A DNA stretch of 59,431 nt, the filler included, from Xylographa opegraphella (Eukaryota), in NCBI GenBank assembly GCA_022813865.1. It is 10 parts of 10 records of this genome, joined end to end, with 100 filler letters (N's around TTAATTAATTAA, not from the genome) between each part and the next. Parts side by side here need not be neighbours in the genome. Positions count along the whole stretch, not along the records: positions 36,079 to 41,897 come from JALDZX010000227.1; positions 41,998 to 47,787 come from JALDZX010000228.1; positions 47,888 to 53,641 come from JALDZX010000229.1; 7 more parts are not named here. One strand, written 5' to 3'. This document shows, piece after piece, positions 37,902 through 50,160 of this stretch. A model generated the notes under the pieces. It had not been told where the DNA came from. It saw only the letters and a program-made list of their open reading frames with translations, and did not search any database. The first letter of the stretch is position 1. Each line of letters starts with the position of its first letter. Made by a program: the position numbers and the translations under genes.

Positions 37902-38996
37902 CTTGTTCTTTGTGGGGCCATAGGCTTAGGTGAAGCAAATCCTCACGTAAATTTAACAATAGTAAAAAGGCCTGGAAGAACAATAATCCAACGGAATAAC
38001 TAAACCTGTCCAGTTACATTCATAGTTCACGACGATGCCCATGAATTTGTGTCAACCTGCTTGAGCATAATAATTCTCCAGTCGAACACAGAAAGTCTTT
38101 GTACTACATAAGCTGGTCCTCTTTTCTTTATCATTTCTTCACGCTTTTCAGCGTCTGAGCTATGTAGAGATGTAATGAGCAGTGCCCATTCTATATGACC
38201 ATATAGTTAATGAACCGATGGTGAAAGGCATCTTCCACTGGCCACTGTCACTATCAAAACATGCAGCGCCATCGCCGTTGCCTCATACACTTTTAGACGG
38301 CGAACTTGGTTTTGACAGTCCTCGAACGATTTGGTGGTGGAGGTGCCTGTGTTGGTGATGAAGTTTTGGTAGAAAAGAGGACCACGAGATTGAGTATTGC
38401 AGGATCCACTTCAGCATGAGGAATGTCTCGAGCCTACGGTAATGAGTAGTGGTGAGCAGCCTGAAGAGTTTAGAAACTATGCCGAAATACAGAGTAAAAA
38501 GGACTATCTGACCTTATCCTTTCCTACCTGGTAACGTAATGGACCACTATCACCGTTGAGTCTACAAAATATTGGTCAATACAAACCAAGGTGTCCTGTG
38601 AAATCAAATGACGCGGCGAATAGGATATGTATGAAATGAAACTCAAAGATTGGTTCTGATTGGCTACGCTTTATGGCCCCCTCAAAGCAATTTTCTCCGT
38701 ATCTCCACCACAGTACCTCGCTATAAGTGTCTCGCGTTGAAAGAGGAGCCTGCCATCTCCTGCATTGCATGCTGTATATTTCGGGTGCTTCGGTTCTGAA
38801 GCTGTCGCTCCTTCTCGTGTTGCTTTTAAATCCGTCTTGGAAGTAAGCTACTTTGGGAACATCGGCCTGAACTGGAAAGACTAGCAAGATAAAATTTGAA
38901 GCCCTTCTAAGGGACACGCTTTCAAAAGGTGGGTTCCTGTCAGTACAAACTCTGTGTTTCAAGCTGGCTAAGTATGTCGAGCGCATTTATGAATTC

Positions 38997-41278
38997 TTGA
39001 GGTTTCGCAACATGAACCCTTCGCGGTACAAATATCTGCTGACTTTCGTGGGATCTAGCTCGTCCTATCCAAAGGGTGGAAGCCGCATTTTCGTCGGCTC
39101 ACCCAAAAGCCTCAATCACATGCGCTCTTCTTCTGTTTCTCCAAATTCACCCTCGACATCCCGCCGAACAGTTGCGATATCGGGGTCCACTCTAGCCCTA
39201 GCCAGAATGGCGGCGGTCTCAACTGCCCCAGGTCTGCCGTCATCGAGTATACAACATGGAGCAGAATCACTCAGTACGCTGCCGGACCCGAGAAGCCCCG
39301 ACGAATTCCCCAGTCCTGAAAGGAACCATACTCCTCTCCCTCATCCGGATTTAAACGATGAAGTGGCCACGCTAAGCAACAAGCTTATCTCTGCAATCAA
39401 TCATCAAACGAATTTGGACGACACACTGGCCGCGACACGACAGGAATTGGAGACCTCACAAAAGCGGGTGCAGGTACTTGAGCTCGAGAGCAGAAAGCAC
39501 GCAAGTCTTATCGCTTCAGGCTTCCTGGTCCGAAAGTCCGAAGCCGAGGAACAAGCCAGTAAGCTGGTAGCGAAGTTGGCGGAGGAACGTAAGCGTAGGA
39601 CTGTGGTAGAAAAGGACAAAAAAGGGATTGAGTTGGAGCTTGAAAACCTCACCACAGCACTGTTTGAAGAAGCAAATGAGGTACGCTGGCGTCTAGACCT
39701 TCTTCAGCATTGACCACTCATATGCATTAGATGGTTGCTGCCGCTCGGAAGGATCGTGAAGCTGCGGAGCGGCGAAATGACCAGATTCGAGCGCAACTCA
39801 ATGATACCGAACTCTTGCTTGCCTCACATCAAGAACAACTTGCGGAGCTCAAGGCGGTCATGCAGCATATGAATGCTGACCGCGAGGATCCCGAGACAAC
39901 AATCGAAGGCCTCACGGCTCCCTCCACACCAGCGCTACCGCAAAACGGTGAGTTGTCCAGGGCTTGTGACGCCTTGCACATTTCTCCGACGATTTCTGAT
40001 GTCGATGACATCTCGCCTGCTCCACCCATGACCTTTTCACATCTTCTTTCTCCCGTACTCCGTATTGATCTTCAATCATACGAAGACTTTCGTTCTCTCA
40101 TTCAAATATCGAGGAAGTCTGCACCAGTAAGCCGGGTGACGAGCGGATCGTACACAGGTGTGAATGTACTAGGCTTAAATAATTTGACCAATCGGGATTC
40201 TGTGCATCTTTTAGGTCACCTGCCCTCAAACGGTTCTACAGCATCACTATCAACACCGAATAGTTTCCAGCAGACATCATCGACAACCCCAAATACACCT
40301 GCATCAATCCCATCGAGTATAGTATCCCCAACAGTCCAATTAAAGGAAACTCGATTCTATAAACGAGCGTTAACGGAGGACATTGAGCCGACTCTAAGAC
40401 TTGATACTGCGCCCGGGCTTTCGTGGCTGGCAAGACGAACTGTGGTCAATAGTATGTGTGATGGTTCGTTGGTGGTCGAACCTATGCCATTTTCAAATAA
40501 AATGCATATATTTCCTTGTGCTTTGTGCGGAGAAAATAGAAAAAGCGAGGATTTCACTCGGACTCATCGTTTTCGAACAAGCGAAAATGACAATGCCCAA
40601 AGGTATCCCCTTTGCAGCTACTGTTTGAACAGGGTTCGAGCTTCATGCGACTACCTTGGATTTCTCAGGATGATCAAAGATGGTCACTGGAGAACGGATG
40701 ATGCCGAGGCGGAAAAACTCGCATGGGAGGAGAGTGTTCGCCTTAGAGAACGAATGTTCTGGGCTCGGATTGGTGGTGGTGTCGTGCCTGCTCTCATTCA
40801 TCGAGACTTACCGCGAACATCTTTAGAAGATGGAAAAGTCACGAAACTCTTTTGCGCGACATCCATTCAGGATATTGCTCATAGTAAGCACTGTTCAATA
40901 CTACCCAACGAAAACAAACACCTATTTGGTTCAAGGGTTGAAAAGTCTCCGGTACCCCGAACAGCCCTTCCTAAGGATAACACCAATGCAGGAAGCGAGA
41001 AAGTGCAGCGAACTCTAAGTGAGCCCGCAAGATGTGATGATCATCAGCCATCTCCGCAGGAGGAAGCTGGCTCACCATCAAGACAGCTTCAGTCTAGCTT
41101 GAGAGACTCTCTCAGACCAAGGCCAAGATCGCGGGCGGCCTCATACGAGAGAGAGAGAAAAATTTCTTCACGTGAAGTGAATTCGGTTCGAGTTTCAGCA
41201 AGCCAGCAGACTCTGCCTCTTCAATTGATCAACAATCAGGGTCAATCAATTAATATTCCTCATGCATACGAGCATTGA
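38997..41278 (+). CDS. SEC2: Sec2-like Rab guanine nucleotide exchange factor; true start not resolved
   Basis: Coiled coil IELELENLTTALFEEANE|MVAAARK across intron 39681-39730, then EDIEPTLRLDTAPGLSWL, CALCGE, YPLCSYCLNRVRASCD and RLRERMFWARIG. Probable upstream intron 38972-39058. Confidence 0.88.
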
Positions 41279-41835
41279 GGTATGGCAATAATATTTATAA
41301 TATTCAAATATTCATTTTTGTTAAAATTTTATTAATAAACATTAAATTTTTTAGTTCAAGCAATTAATAACCTGAGTTTTAATATAAACGATATTGAGCG
41401 ATAAAATATAAAATATTGAAATATTGAATCATATTAATTTAAATCGATTAAAATTTGAAATGAGTTTATAAAGGAAAACAACGTGATAAAATTATTTTTT
41501 ATAAAAAAAACTTGATATTGTGTCGCGGGTTAAAACTGTATAATATTAATTTTTAAATTTTAAACCAAAAATTTTCGATGTTATTATTGCGAGTTATTAT
41601 CATATAATGCCCTCGAGTTATAATAAAGTTTAGAAAACATCATTTTTTAGCAATTAATTTTAAAATAATATAATTATTGCAAAATATTTTATATTATTAT
41701 AAAACTTTAAAATTGAATTTTTTATAATTTTAATTATTTTATTTTATTTGAAATAATAATTTATTATACGTCGTAATTTTTAAACTACGACGAAAATAAA
41801 TAATTAAATAAACGATTAATTATAAAATACGATAT

Positions 41836-41897
41836 TGTTAAGGTTCAGGCCAGAACCGGGTGAGCTCGGCGCGGAGGAACCCTAACGCGGCGGCTGC
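41836..41897. mobile_element. LTR start fragment, TGTTAAGGTTC group (F)
   Basis: GC-rich, starts with TG in AT-rich DNA. Same first 11 nt at 47726 and 53580; variant at 47599. Confidence 0.6.
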
Positions 41898-41997
41898 NNN
41901 NNNNNNNNNNNNNNNNNNNNNNNNNNNNNNNNNNNNNNNNNTTAATTAATTAANNNNNNNNNNNNNNNNNNNNNNNNNNNNNNNNNNNNNNNNNNNN

Positions 41998-42067
41998 ATA
42001 TACTCAAGGTGCTAGTCCTGATCCAGCCCGACCCCTATTACTTGTGACTGATGTCATAATCATCACA
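41998..42067. mobile_element. Family D LTR fragment (contig-terminal)
   Basis: Matches the end of 48055-48237. Confidence 0.78.
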
Positions 42068-42354
42068 ATAATCAATCAAATATCGTAAAATTTGCGTAAA
42101 TTAAATTTCAAATTAACGTCGTTTAAAATTAATTTTTTTTAAATTCGATTTTTAAAATTAAAATACCGTAAACGAAAAATTTCGAATTCTGCGTTGTATT
42201 TTACAACGCAAATTTGTAATACAAATCTGCAGAATACGCGCAAACCTGCGAAATCCGCTCTTAATGAAATACGCGCAGGCCTGCGAAATGCGCGCAGGCG
42301 TAAAATTCGCGACTACTATAAAAATGGCTATAAAAATAATTTATATAAATTTTA

Positions 42355-42551
42355 TGTTAGAAATAGAGTCCCGGCCTGCCTGCAGGATAGCGAGAGCTGC
42401 TAAGCGAGAGCTCGGGCCGCNNNNNNNNNNNNNNNNNTAGTGCGCGAGCATATAGTCTCGTAGTTGTTCATAGCTAATACAACACACTTGTTTACCCATA
42501 TATTCTGCTAGAATGACCACTGCGCTTCAGTACCCATCGTACCTTTCAACA
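42355..42551 (+). mobile_element. Solo LTR, family E, TSD TTTTA
   Basis: Matches 58464-58646 plus a 14-nt internal duplication. TTTTA at 42350-42354 and 42552-42556. Confidence 0.88.
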
Positions 42552-43741
42552 TTTTATGTATAATATAAATTTTATATAATTATACGACTGGGTTAATCCA
42601 ATTTAATTTAAAATTCAACTCAGAAGATTAAATTGAATTAAAGCAATTCAATTTAAATTCAATTCAATTTATAACTCAGTGAATTAATTCAACTCATGTC
42701 GCAGTATGATTTATTACGAGTATTCGATTTATTTTCGAAGAATATTTTTTTTCGATTCTTTAAATTTTAAAACCAAAGTATATAAATTTTTACCCTTTTA
42801 TGAAATTAAAATTTAATAAATAATTCGTTATAAAAAAACTATAATTTTTAACTATTACGTTGTTATTTTTTTATTATATTTAATTTTATTTATATATTAT
42901 TAAATAAATTTACTAATATTTCGTAAATATTATTGAAAATTTTGTTTTTTATTCATTATTATATTAATATTTATAAAAATCTTTAAATTTTTATCTTCGT
43001 TTTTATTTTTATACAATTTATTATGTTTCAATTTTTATTTATAAATTTTTTAATTTTTAATTTAATTTTACGTATTTTGAATTTTAATATTATCGTTAAA
43101 ATAATCGTTAACGTTTCGTGAAACTTGATTAATAATAAATAATATTTTTAAAGTAAATACGCGAGTTTATTATAAATTGAAAACTCTCGAAATTGTTACT
43201 GCGAAATATTATCACGCAATATCCCTGAATTATATTAAAATTTAAACCCCTCCCATTTGCTTAATTTAACAATTAATTTTTATATAAATATTACTATTGC
43301 AAAGTATTTCACATTATCATAAAACTTTGAAATTAATTATTTTGAATTATAAAATTTTTAATTTTTTACACGTTTAAAATTATTTTTATTCGCTTTCTTG
43401 AAAACGATTTACGATTCATGCGATATTATTACAGAGTAAGGAATATTGAATATATATATTCAGTTTGAAATTCTGAGAAATCTCGCGTAATTAATATAGT
43501 AGTATTATAGTACGAAGTTCCTTTCAAACCGAAGGTCCACTTATTCTCAGAATGCCTCACCTGGTTTATGAGACAACTTTTATACCACGTAGCTGGAACA
43601 GGGGCTATTTACTTCTGTTTTCGTGTACAATGACGCACACAGCTCAACTTGTACGTAGAATAATTTTGCTCAGCACCCGACCTCTCACACAGCTCCTTGG
43701 TCTGTGTCCACATGAAGAAATGATGTTATTGCTCTCGAAGC

Positions 43742-46700
43742 TTACAACTGCATCCTATAAGTTGCAACCTCAAACGGCCGAAGCTCAATGTCCACTGCTC
43801 CATTCTTGATAGTAAGCTCCGTCTCGTCATCCTCGAGTAAATTTGTTTTGAAAACTTTCTTTACCTTTACCAAGCTGTCGTCAAAGCTGAGCTCTCCGCG
43901 AGATGTGCCACCCAGGGACTCATAAACTCGAAGAATTATACTTCGACCCTTTCTCTTCGGAAGCTCCCCGCGTGAAACATCCTCGTCGTCTTCTCCACGT
44001 TTGATACAATCGAGAATGAGTGAATCGGACCCATGCGTACGGATAGCATTAAGAAGTTTGGAAAAGCCTGGTGTCTTTCCAGATATTGAAGTATAAAGCT
44101 GTATTGGATGGTTGAAGTTATACGCACTTCGAACAGTTCGATGATCCAACGGCCCTGCATGTGGAAGGATTGCATACCGAATATGATGTCGACCTACAAA
44201 GCGCACGGTCAGCTATGTCTACTCATGTATACAAGAATATTAGAAGACTACCCATGTCGGCGTGTGCATCGGGGGCCTTGGGTGCGCGGAGAAGTGAGAG
44301 CCTCATCATATTGCCACATGTTGCAAATCCGTACTTGCTATCATTCAGTATCGATATACCATAGCCATTCTCTGAGAGATCGGCCCATTTGTGGCAGCAC
44401 ACTTCAAACTTCGCCATGTCCCAACTAGTATTGTAATGCGTGGGTCGCTTGATAACACCATATTGTGTTTCATACGAGGCTTCGGTACTGTAGATGTTGA
44501 CTGGAAACTCCACCTTCAAGAACTTCATATTCTCGCGCCATTCCACTTCACAGTCTACATCTATAGTCGATTGTTGTCCTTCAACTACCGCAGACATGCT
44601 GATTGTTGTTTTTGCCCAGCTGTTTTCGCTGATCCTAGTTTCGGTGATAACACTGACTTTATGTGGACCATTCTCAGCAATCTTGGTATTGCCTGCTGGA
44701 AGAACCTCTCTTGAGTCAAGATGAAATACTTCCACGTCCCAAGCTTGCCAATACAGTGGCTTATCATCGTAAATGACCAACTGATTTACCTTTTGGCCTT
44801 TGGCAACTATTTCTCGTTGCGTTCTCTTATCCATCAGCGAAACTATGTTACCGCCTTCAATATGAACATCGATATTGTCATTAGAGAGCAGGAATAGGCC
44901 AGCCTCAACCTCCTTGACAGTAGCCGATCGCTTTGCGGATTCGCCAAGGACTTTGACTTCAGCTAGGCCCTGGTTCCCGCTTACCAGAGCGTAGTAGGAC
45001 TCGCCTGGTATCTTCACTATCTCTTCTCGATGCCATGGTAAGGTATTAAGCGCAATAGGGTGAACATTTCCAGACTTATACTTGGCATAGCCAAGAACCG
45101 CCATTGCATCCTTGACCAAGTTTTCGCCAGTTTGGAAGACATCCGTATACAGCTCGTCAGAATCGTCATAGCACATCTCAATAGAGCTTCCAGGCAAGCA
45201 GTCATGGAACTGGCAGAGTAGGACATTCTCCCACATATCGTCAATCTGGTTCTTTGGATATTTGTAAGAACTGCTGGCTAAAGTTGCGTGTGTCGCCAAG
45301 TACTCTACATCATGAAGAAGAATCTCCGTCTTTCGGTTATTCCACTTGTTGTTCGCTTGCGTGGTATACGTTCCCCTGTGAAGCTCGAAGTAAAGTTCGC
45401 CATACCAGGTCACGAATTTCGTGCCACTTTCTGCTTTTTTTTCCAAAGCCAAGAAGAAATCATCCACCGAGCTTCCCATGTGCACACGAGGCAGGAGTCC
45501 CACAGTATCACTGATTCCACGACAACGTCTGAGCTTGTCCAGGTGCTGGAAAGTTGGGCCGCCGCCTCCATCACCCTTACCAAACACCAGCAGTGATGTC
45601 TTATCTTGATCCATGGACTTGTGCTGTGTGATGCTACGTTTAACGTCGCCAAAGTTAGCGTCAGCCGTGTAGGTCTCAGAAGGAGCCATATGACATAGAA
45701 CTTGGCTGCCGTCTAGGGCTACCCAGTTGAATGTAGTGTGAGGAAAGTTATTGATGTTATTCCAGCTGAGTTTTTGCGTAAAGAATCTGCTCATTCCAGC
45801 CAAACGGCACAGCTGTGGAAGCTGACTCGAATACCCAAAAGTATCTGGAAGCCAAAATGTTTGACATCTCTCCCCGAAGTGGCTCTCGAAGAATCTTTGA
45901 CCGTAAAGAAATTGCCGGACCAGGGATTCTCCACTTGGCATGTTCGTGTCATGTTCAACCCAGCTACCGCCAATTGGCTGGAAAACTCCTTTCTTAACGT
46001 GTGCTTTGACACGATCGTACAACGAAGGGTATAACTGCTCCAGCCACTTATACTGTTGTGCTTGTGAGCAAGCAAAGCGATGTTCAGGATACCGATCCAT
46101 GAGATTGCATTGGTTGGCCCAAGAACGAGCGACTTTACGCTTTGTCTCTGCCCACGGCCATAACCAACAAGTATCAATGTGACAGTGCCCAATAGCGAAG
46201 ACAATAGGCTTCTCGTCAGTTTCATAAACATCGTGGGAGTCGGCTTTGGCACCAATGTATTTTCGGGCAATTTCTCTGCCTTTCAAAATTGACTTCTGAC
46301 TGCCATGACCGGCAATGAATGCATCCATGATGGCATTGCCCACCTGCAAAGCTTCGTGCGACTCCCAGCCGTCGCCTGGAAATTCTCGGGCAGCATCTAA
46401 ATGTAGAGTCAGCCCAGCCAGAAAAAACAAGCATAAAGGGCCTAAGTCACCCCCAATCTCCCAGAAGTCCACGTATAAGGCTCTCGCTTCAACATTCACA
46501 GCCACAATATCGGCGGTGCTCAATCGAAAGTACCTTCCCGGGTTTGGTGGTTGAATGATGTCGCCCTCGGCATTACCGAACATGCCATTGCAAGCCATTT
46601 CAATATAGAAGGTATGCTCTTTGCAATCTCTGAATTCTTTGGGCAATATCCACTCGGTGCGTTCGCCACCACCTGTGAGGCCTTGGAGAGGCTCACCATT

Positions 46701-47105
46701 TTCGGACCAAATCAAACCCTCATTATTGGCGTCCCAATGAAATTCTAAGAGATCCTTCTCTGCAAGATCGGTAGGCACCTTGGCCTGTATCTTGAACCAG
46801 TGCGTGGACCAGCTCGGGCCAAAGGATTCGCCAACTTTTGTCGGCTTGAAGTCGTTCTTAGTGGCATCTTTAAACGTTGGCCGGGCGAGGTCGGGTGGAG
46901 AATAGACTGACAGTTTTACGTGTTCCTCGCCTGATGCTCGGCCTTCGTACAGAGCTCCTCGAAGATTTTGTCCCTCATATTGACCTCCGCCAGTGAATTG
47001 GCCTAGACGGTCTCTATAGATGTTGTGGATCTGCTGGCCGACAGGACCTGCTGCAAGTTTCGGGTAAGTGCTGGCCGCAGGCCGGGTATGGGTTTCACCT
47101 CCCAT
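43742..47105 (-). CDS. AMS1: Alpha-mannosidase, GH38 (Ams1)
   Basis: FGPSWSTHWF, IGHCHIDTCWLWP, FWLPDTFGYS, GELYFELHRGTYT, QFHDCLPGS and AKFEVCCHKWAD. Introns at 46397-46450 and about 44196-44249. Confidence 0.96.
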
Positions 47106-47378
47106 ATTGACAGTGAGGGCTTTTGTATCGAGAAAATTACACCAAAATAAGTAGCCTCTGTTGAACAGCACGGGCAGGCTACGAATTTAGGAGTTGTTTG
47201 ATTGCTCTACTTCAGTATGTGCATACTTGCCTCGGTACATCAGACGTGTAGAACGCTAAGCTCCAGCGGGTTAATGTCGATCGTTAAGCCCCTTCCGGTT
47301 AGTTTATTGCTAATCAACAAGTTAAAAGCAAACTTATTAATGATTCGGGTCACAATTTTTTCTTTGCGTAATATTATA

Positions 47379-47787
47379 TGTTGGAATGGGAGCCTACAAG
47401 CTCGAGTCCCCGAGGGGCGCCCCCGAAGGCCCGAAGGGAGCCCCCGCGGCGAGTGTGGCTTCCAGGTGATGAAAGTTTCTGGAAGATGGGCGAAGGCCCT
47501 GCGGGCCTTCTTTGTTTCCTTTGTTTCCTTTCGAACCTTCCAAATGTAGTTAACACAGGATATATTCAGGGCTTCGCTTTAAATATCTTTCTACTTTTTG
47601 ATAAGGTTCTGACCAATGCTGTGTGGAACAGGGGTCGGGGGAACCTTATTCCGGATGCCTCCTCTGCCTCCTCAGGAGGCATATGACCCCTTTGCCTCAG
47701 TGGCCTTTCTCGGGAGGCATGGGAGTGTTAAGGTTCTGCCCAATACCGTGTGGAACAGGGGTCGGGTAAACCTTATCCCGGTTGCCT
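47379..47787. mobile_element. Stack of LTR-like sequences: family G (from 47379) followed by two related F-type starts (47599, 47726)
   Basis: TGTTGGAAT start; a mutated reverse-complement relative ends at 54839. 47599-47660 and 47726-47787 are similar to each other (GTGTGGAACAGGGGTCGGG). Confidence 0.65.
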
Positions 47788-47887
47788 NNNNNNNNNNNNN
47801 NNNNNNNNNNNNNNNNNNNNNNNNNNNNNNNTTAATTAATTAANNNNNNNNNNNNNNNNNNNNNNNNNNNNNNNNNNNNNNNNNNNN

Positions 47888-47951
47888 GAGATCGTCCACC
47901 TAAAGCTTACGTTCTAGGCGTGCTTGTGTGGTGAGTTGATGAGCCGTAACA
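47888..47951. mobile_element. Family D LTR fragment (contig-terminal)
   Basis: Matches 24974-25037. Confidence 0.78.
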
Positions 47952-48054
47952 AGGAGCAAGAACAAGAGCAAAAATTACGGCAACAAAAGCTAATATCCGA
48001 CTTAAGCATGCTGGAGAAGCAAAAGCAAGTGCAGAGACTACGGCAACAAAAGCT

Positions 48055-48237
48055 TGTTACGGCTCATCAACTCACCACACAAGCACGCCTAGAACGTAAG
48101 CTTTAGGTGGACGATTTCAACCCAGATTAAGATGGAGAAGCGATGAGGCTGCTCCATGGGCAAGACTATATACTCAAGGTGCTAGTCCTGATCCAGCCCG
48201 ACCCCTATTACCTGTGACTGATGTCATAGCCGTCACA
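48055..48237. mobile_element. Family D LTR, full length, no TSD
   Basis: TGTTAC...GTCACA; inverted relative to 47888-47951. Confidence 0.82.
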
Positions 48238-48752
48238 TTTAATACCTTTTAATTTAAGAATGTTTTCGATTTAAATAAATTATAACGTATAATTATCGCG
48301 GGCGAGCTAAAATAGTAGCGAAAACCTGTTTTGATTATTTTAATAAACCATTGTAGAAGCAAAAAAAATAAAAAGAATCGAATGTATTAAAAAAAAATTT
48401 GTTGCGTTTATAGTAAGCTACCCTTTTTACTTATTATTTTATAAATATTAAACTACTCTTTCTGCTTATTGTCGTGTAATTATTAAACTGCTTTAGTATT
48501 CGTTGTTTTATCGATATCGAATTACCCGTTCTCCCTTTATATAAATAAATCAGTTTTTTAAGTCACTTTCCAACAGCTGCAGCACGCGTAAATCGTTTGA
48601 ATTACTGCTAAACGTTACGCTGATCTTTAAAAGGTATTTATTATTCTGCCTCGTTCGCTCGAGGGTACGGCGGCGTAAATATTAGCAGTAATAAAACCTG
48701 TTTTATTGAATTTAACGTTTATTACTATTTAAGCTAACCTGGGCTTATAATT

Positions 48753-48942
48753 TATTAAAAAATACTTATATTTAAATCAGGGCGGGGGCAACAGTAATCG
48801 TATATTCGGTGAGGTTCGATATAAATCACGAGAACGTGATATATACCTTCTGCGCTAGTACTGAACTACGCTATACCTAAATAGAACTAGCCTTAAGTAT
48901 TCCTTTATGTTTATCAGCAAGTGATACTTTTACCAATTAACA
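48753..48942. mobile_element. Solo LTR, family B, moderately mutated
   Basis: Colinear with 10697-10887 with multiple C>T/G>A changes. Confidence 0.8.
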
Positions 48943-49355
48943 AAATACATTTTTTAAGAAAACAATTAAATTAATAAATAAATTATCATAAATATATAAA
49001 ACAGCGTAATCGAGACGATAAATATATATTTATAAATTAAAAAATATTTTTTTTCCTAGAGAATTTTATTTATATAATCATTAAATAAATTTCTCGATAA
49101 ATCGATTAAAGTTAATGTCACAAAAGTGTATAAATATTATTATTATTGAAAGATTGAAATTTTAATTAAAAGTAATTTGAAATATTTAAAAACGATAAAT
49201 ATAATATAAATTTTAAAATTATAAATTAAATTTTAATATTCGTTTCGATTAAAAATCGGGTTCACTATAATATTTTGTGTATTGAGGTACGCGATTAAAG
49301 ACTTCGCGCTTCGTAGTGAAACCGAATTTCACTATTCCAAATTATACTTCGTAGT

Positions 49356-50052
49356 ATGGTGAGAATGAATAGCCCGAAAGTCAATAGCATTTCGCTAAAA
49401 GCAATCTCTCAGACCCTTCATCTTTTATATTATCGAAACAAAAACCAGCATCGCCGATCTAAATGGTGGAAATCGTTGGCAGTACTATGTCGGAGCCTCA
49501 ACAGGCTACTCGCGGAAATGGAGAAGCCAGACAAGACTCGAGTATCGGCCCAAACAGTATTTTTGACCGGACATCTACAACCCCGATGCTACAAGTTAGT
49601 ATCCTTAGACATGTTGACATATAATACTTACCAGTTATAGAAGTTTCTCCCAGGTCGTTTTTGAGCGGCAGTTCGCAGCTCTTGGAATTGTCCTACTCGG
49701 AGTTTTAGCGGAGCTCGATAGATTATTTGGAACGACGCGAACCGATCAGGTTCCTAGAGTACCAGACAAAATAGCACGAGTTGAAGCGTCTGGTGTGAGG
49801 AAAGGCGCCTCGCCGTTGGAAGATTTTGGCCAGCGTCTAGAACGTTCACTTAGAGATTCAAGGCTCGACGAGGACGGCGCCAAGGTTATTGGCACCAATA
49901 AATGCTCAGCATCAGCACTGGCATCGCTTATACCGATGGATGATTGTCATGGATTGATCTGGAATGCTACACCAAAGACAGAGTTTTTCAAGAAGGCTGC
50001 AAAGAGCCGGAACGCTATCGATGAGCTCTTTCGTGGCATCAGACAGTATTGA
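49356..50052 (+). CDS. RMP1: RNase MRP protein subunit Rmp1-like (2 exons)
   Basis: LHLLYYRNKNQHRRSKWWKSL; intron 49596-49640; then FSQVVFERQFAALGIVLLGVLA and C-terminal NAIDELF. Confidence 0.82.
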
Positions 50053-50160
50053 TGGACTTTTAATAAATACCCTGGATTGCTTTTGTATCTTTGTTCTATG
50101 AAACTCAATGCTAGCCTTCGATCACACCACACCAAGGCTGCAATGACTTTGGTTTCCATG

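Noticed and set aside
38576..38986. 136-aa minus-strand ORF upstream of SEC2
   Set aside because: No recognisable motif, and it overlaps the probable SEC2 5' region.
46397..46450. Apparent hydrophobic insertion in Ams1 (and a similar one in Brn1 at 28559-28615)
   Set aside because: Both are stop-free 3n introns (54 and 57 nt) with GT, branch site and AG, read through by the ORF finder.
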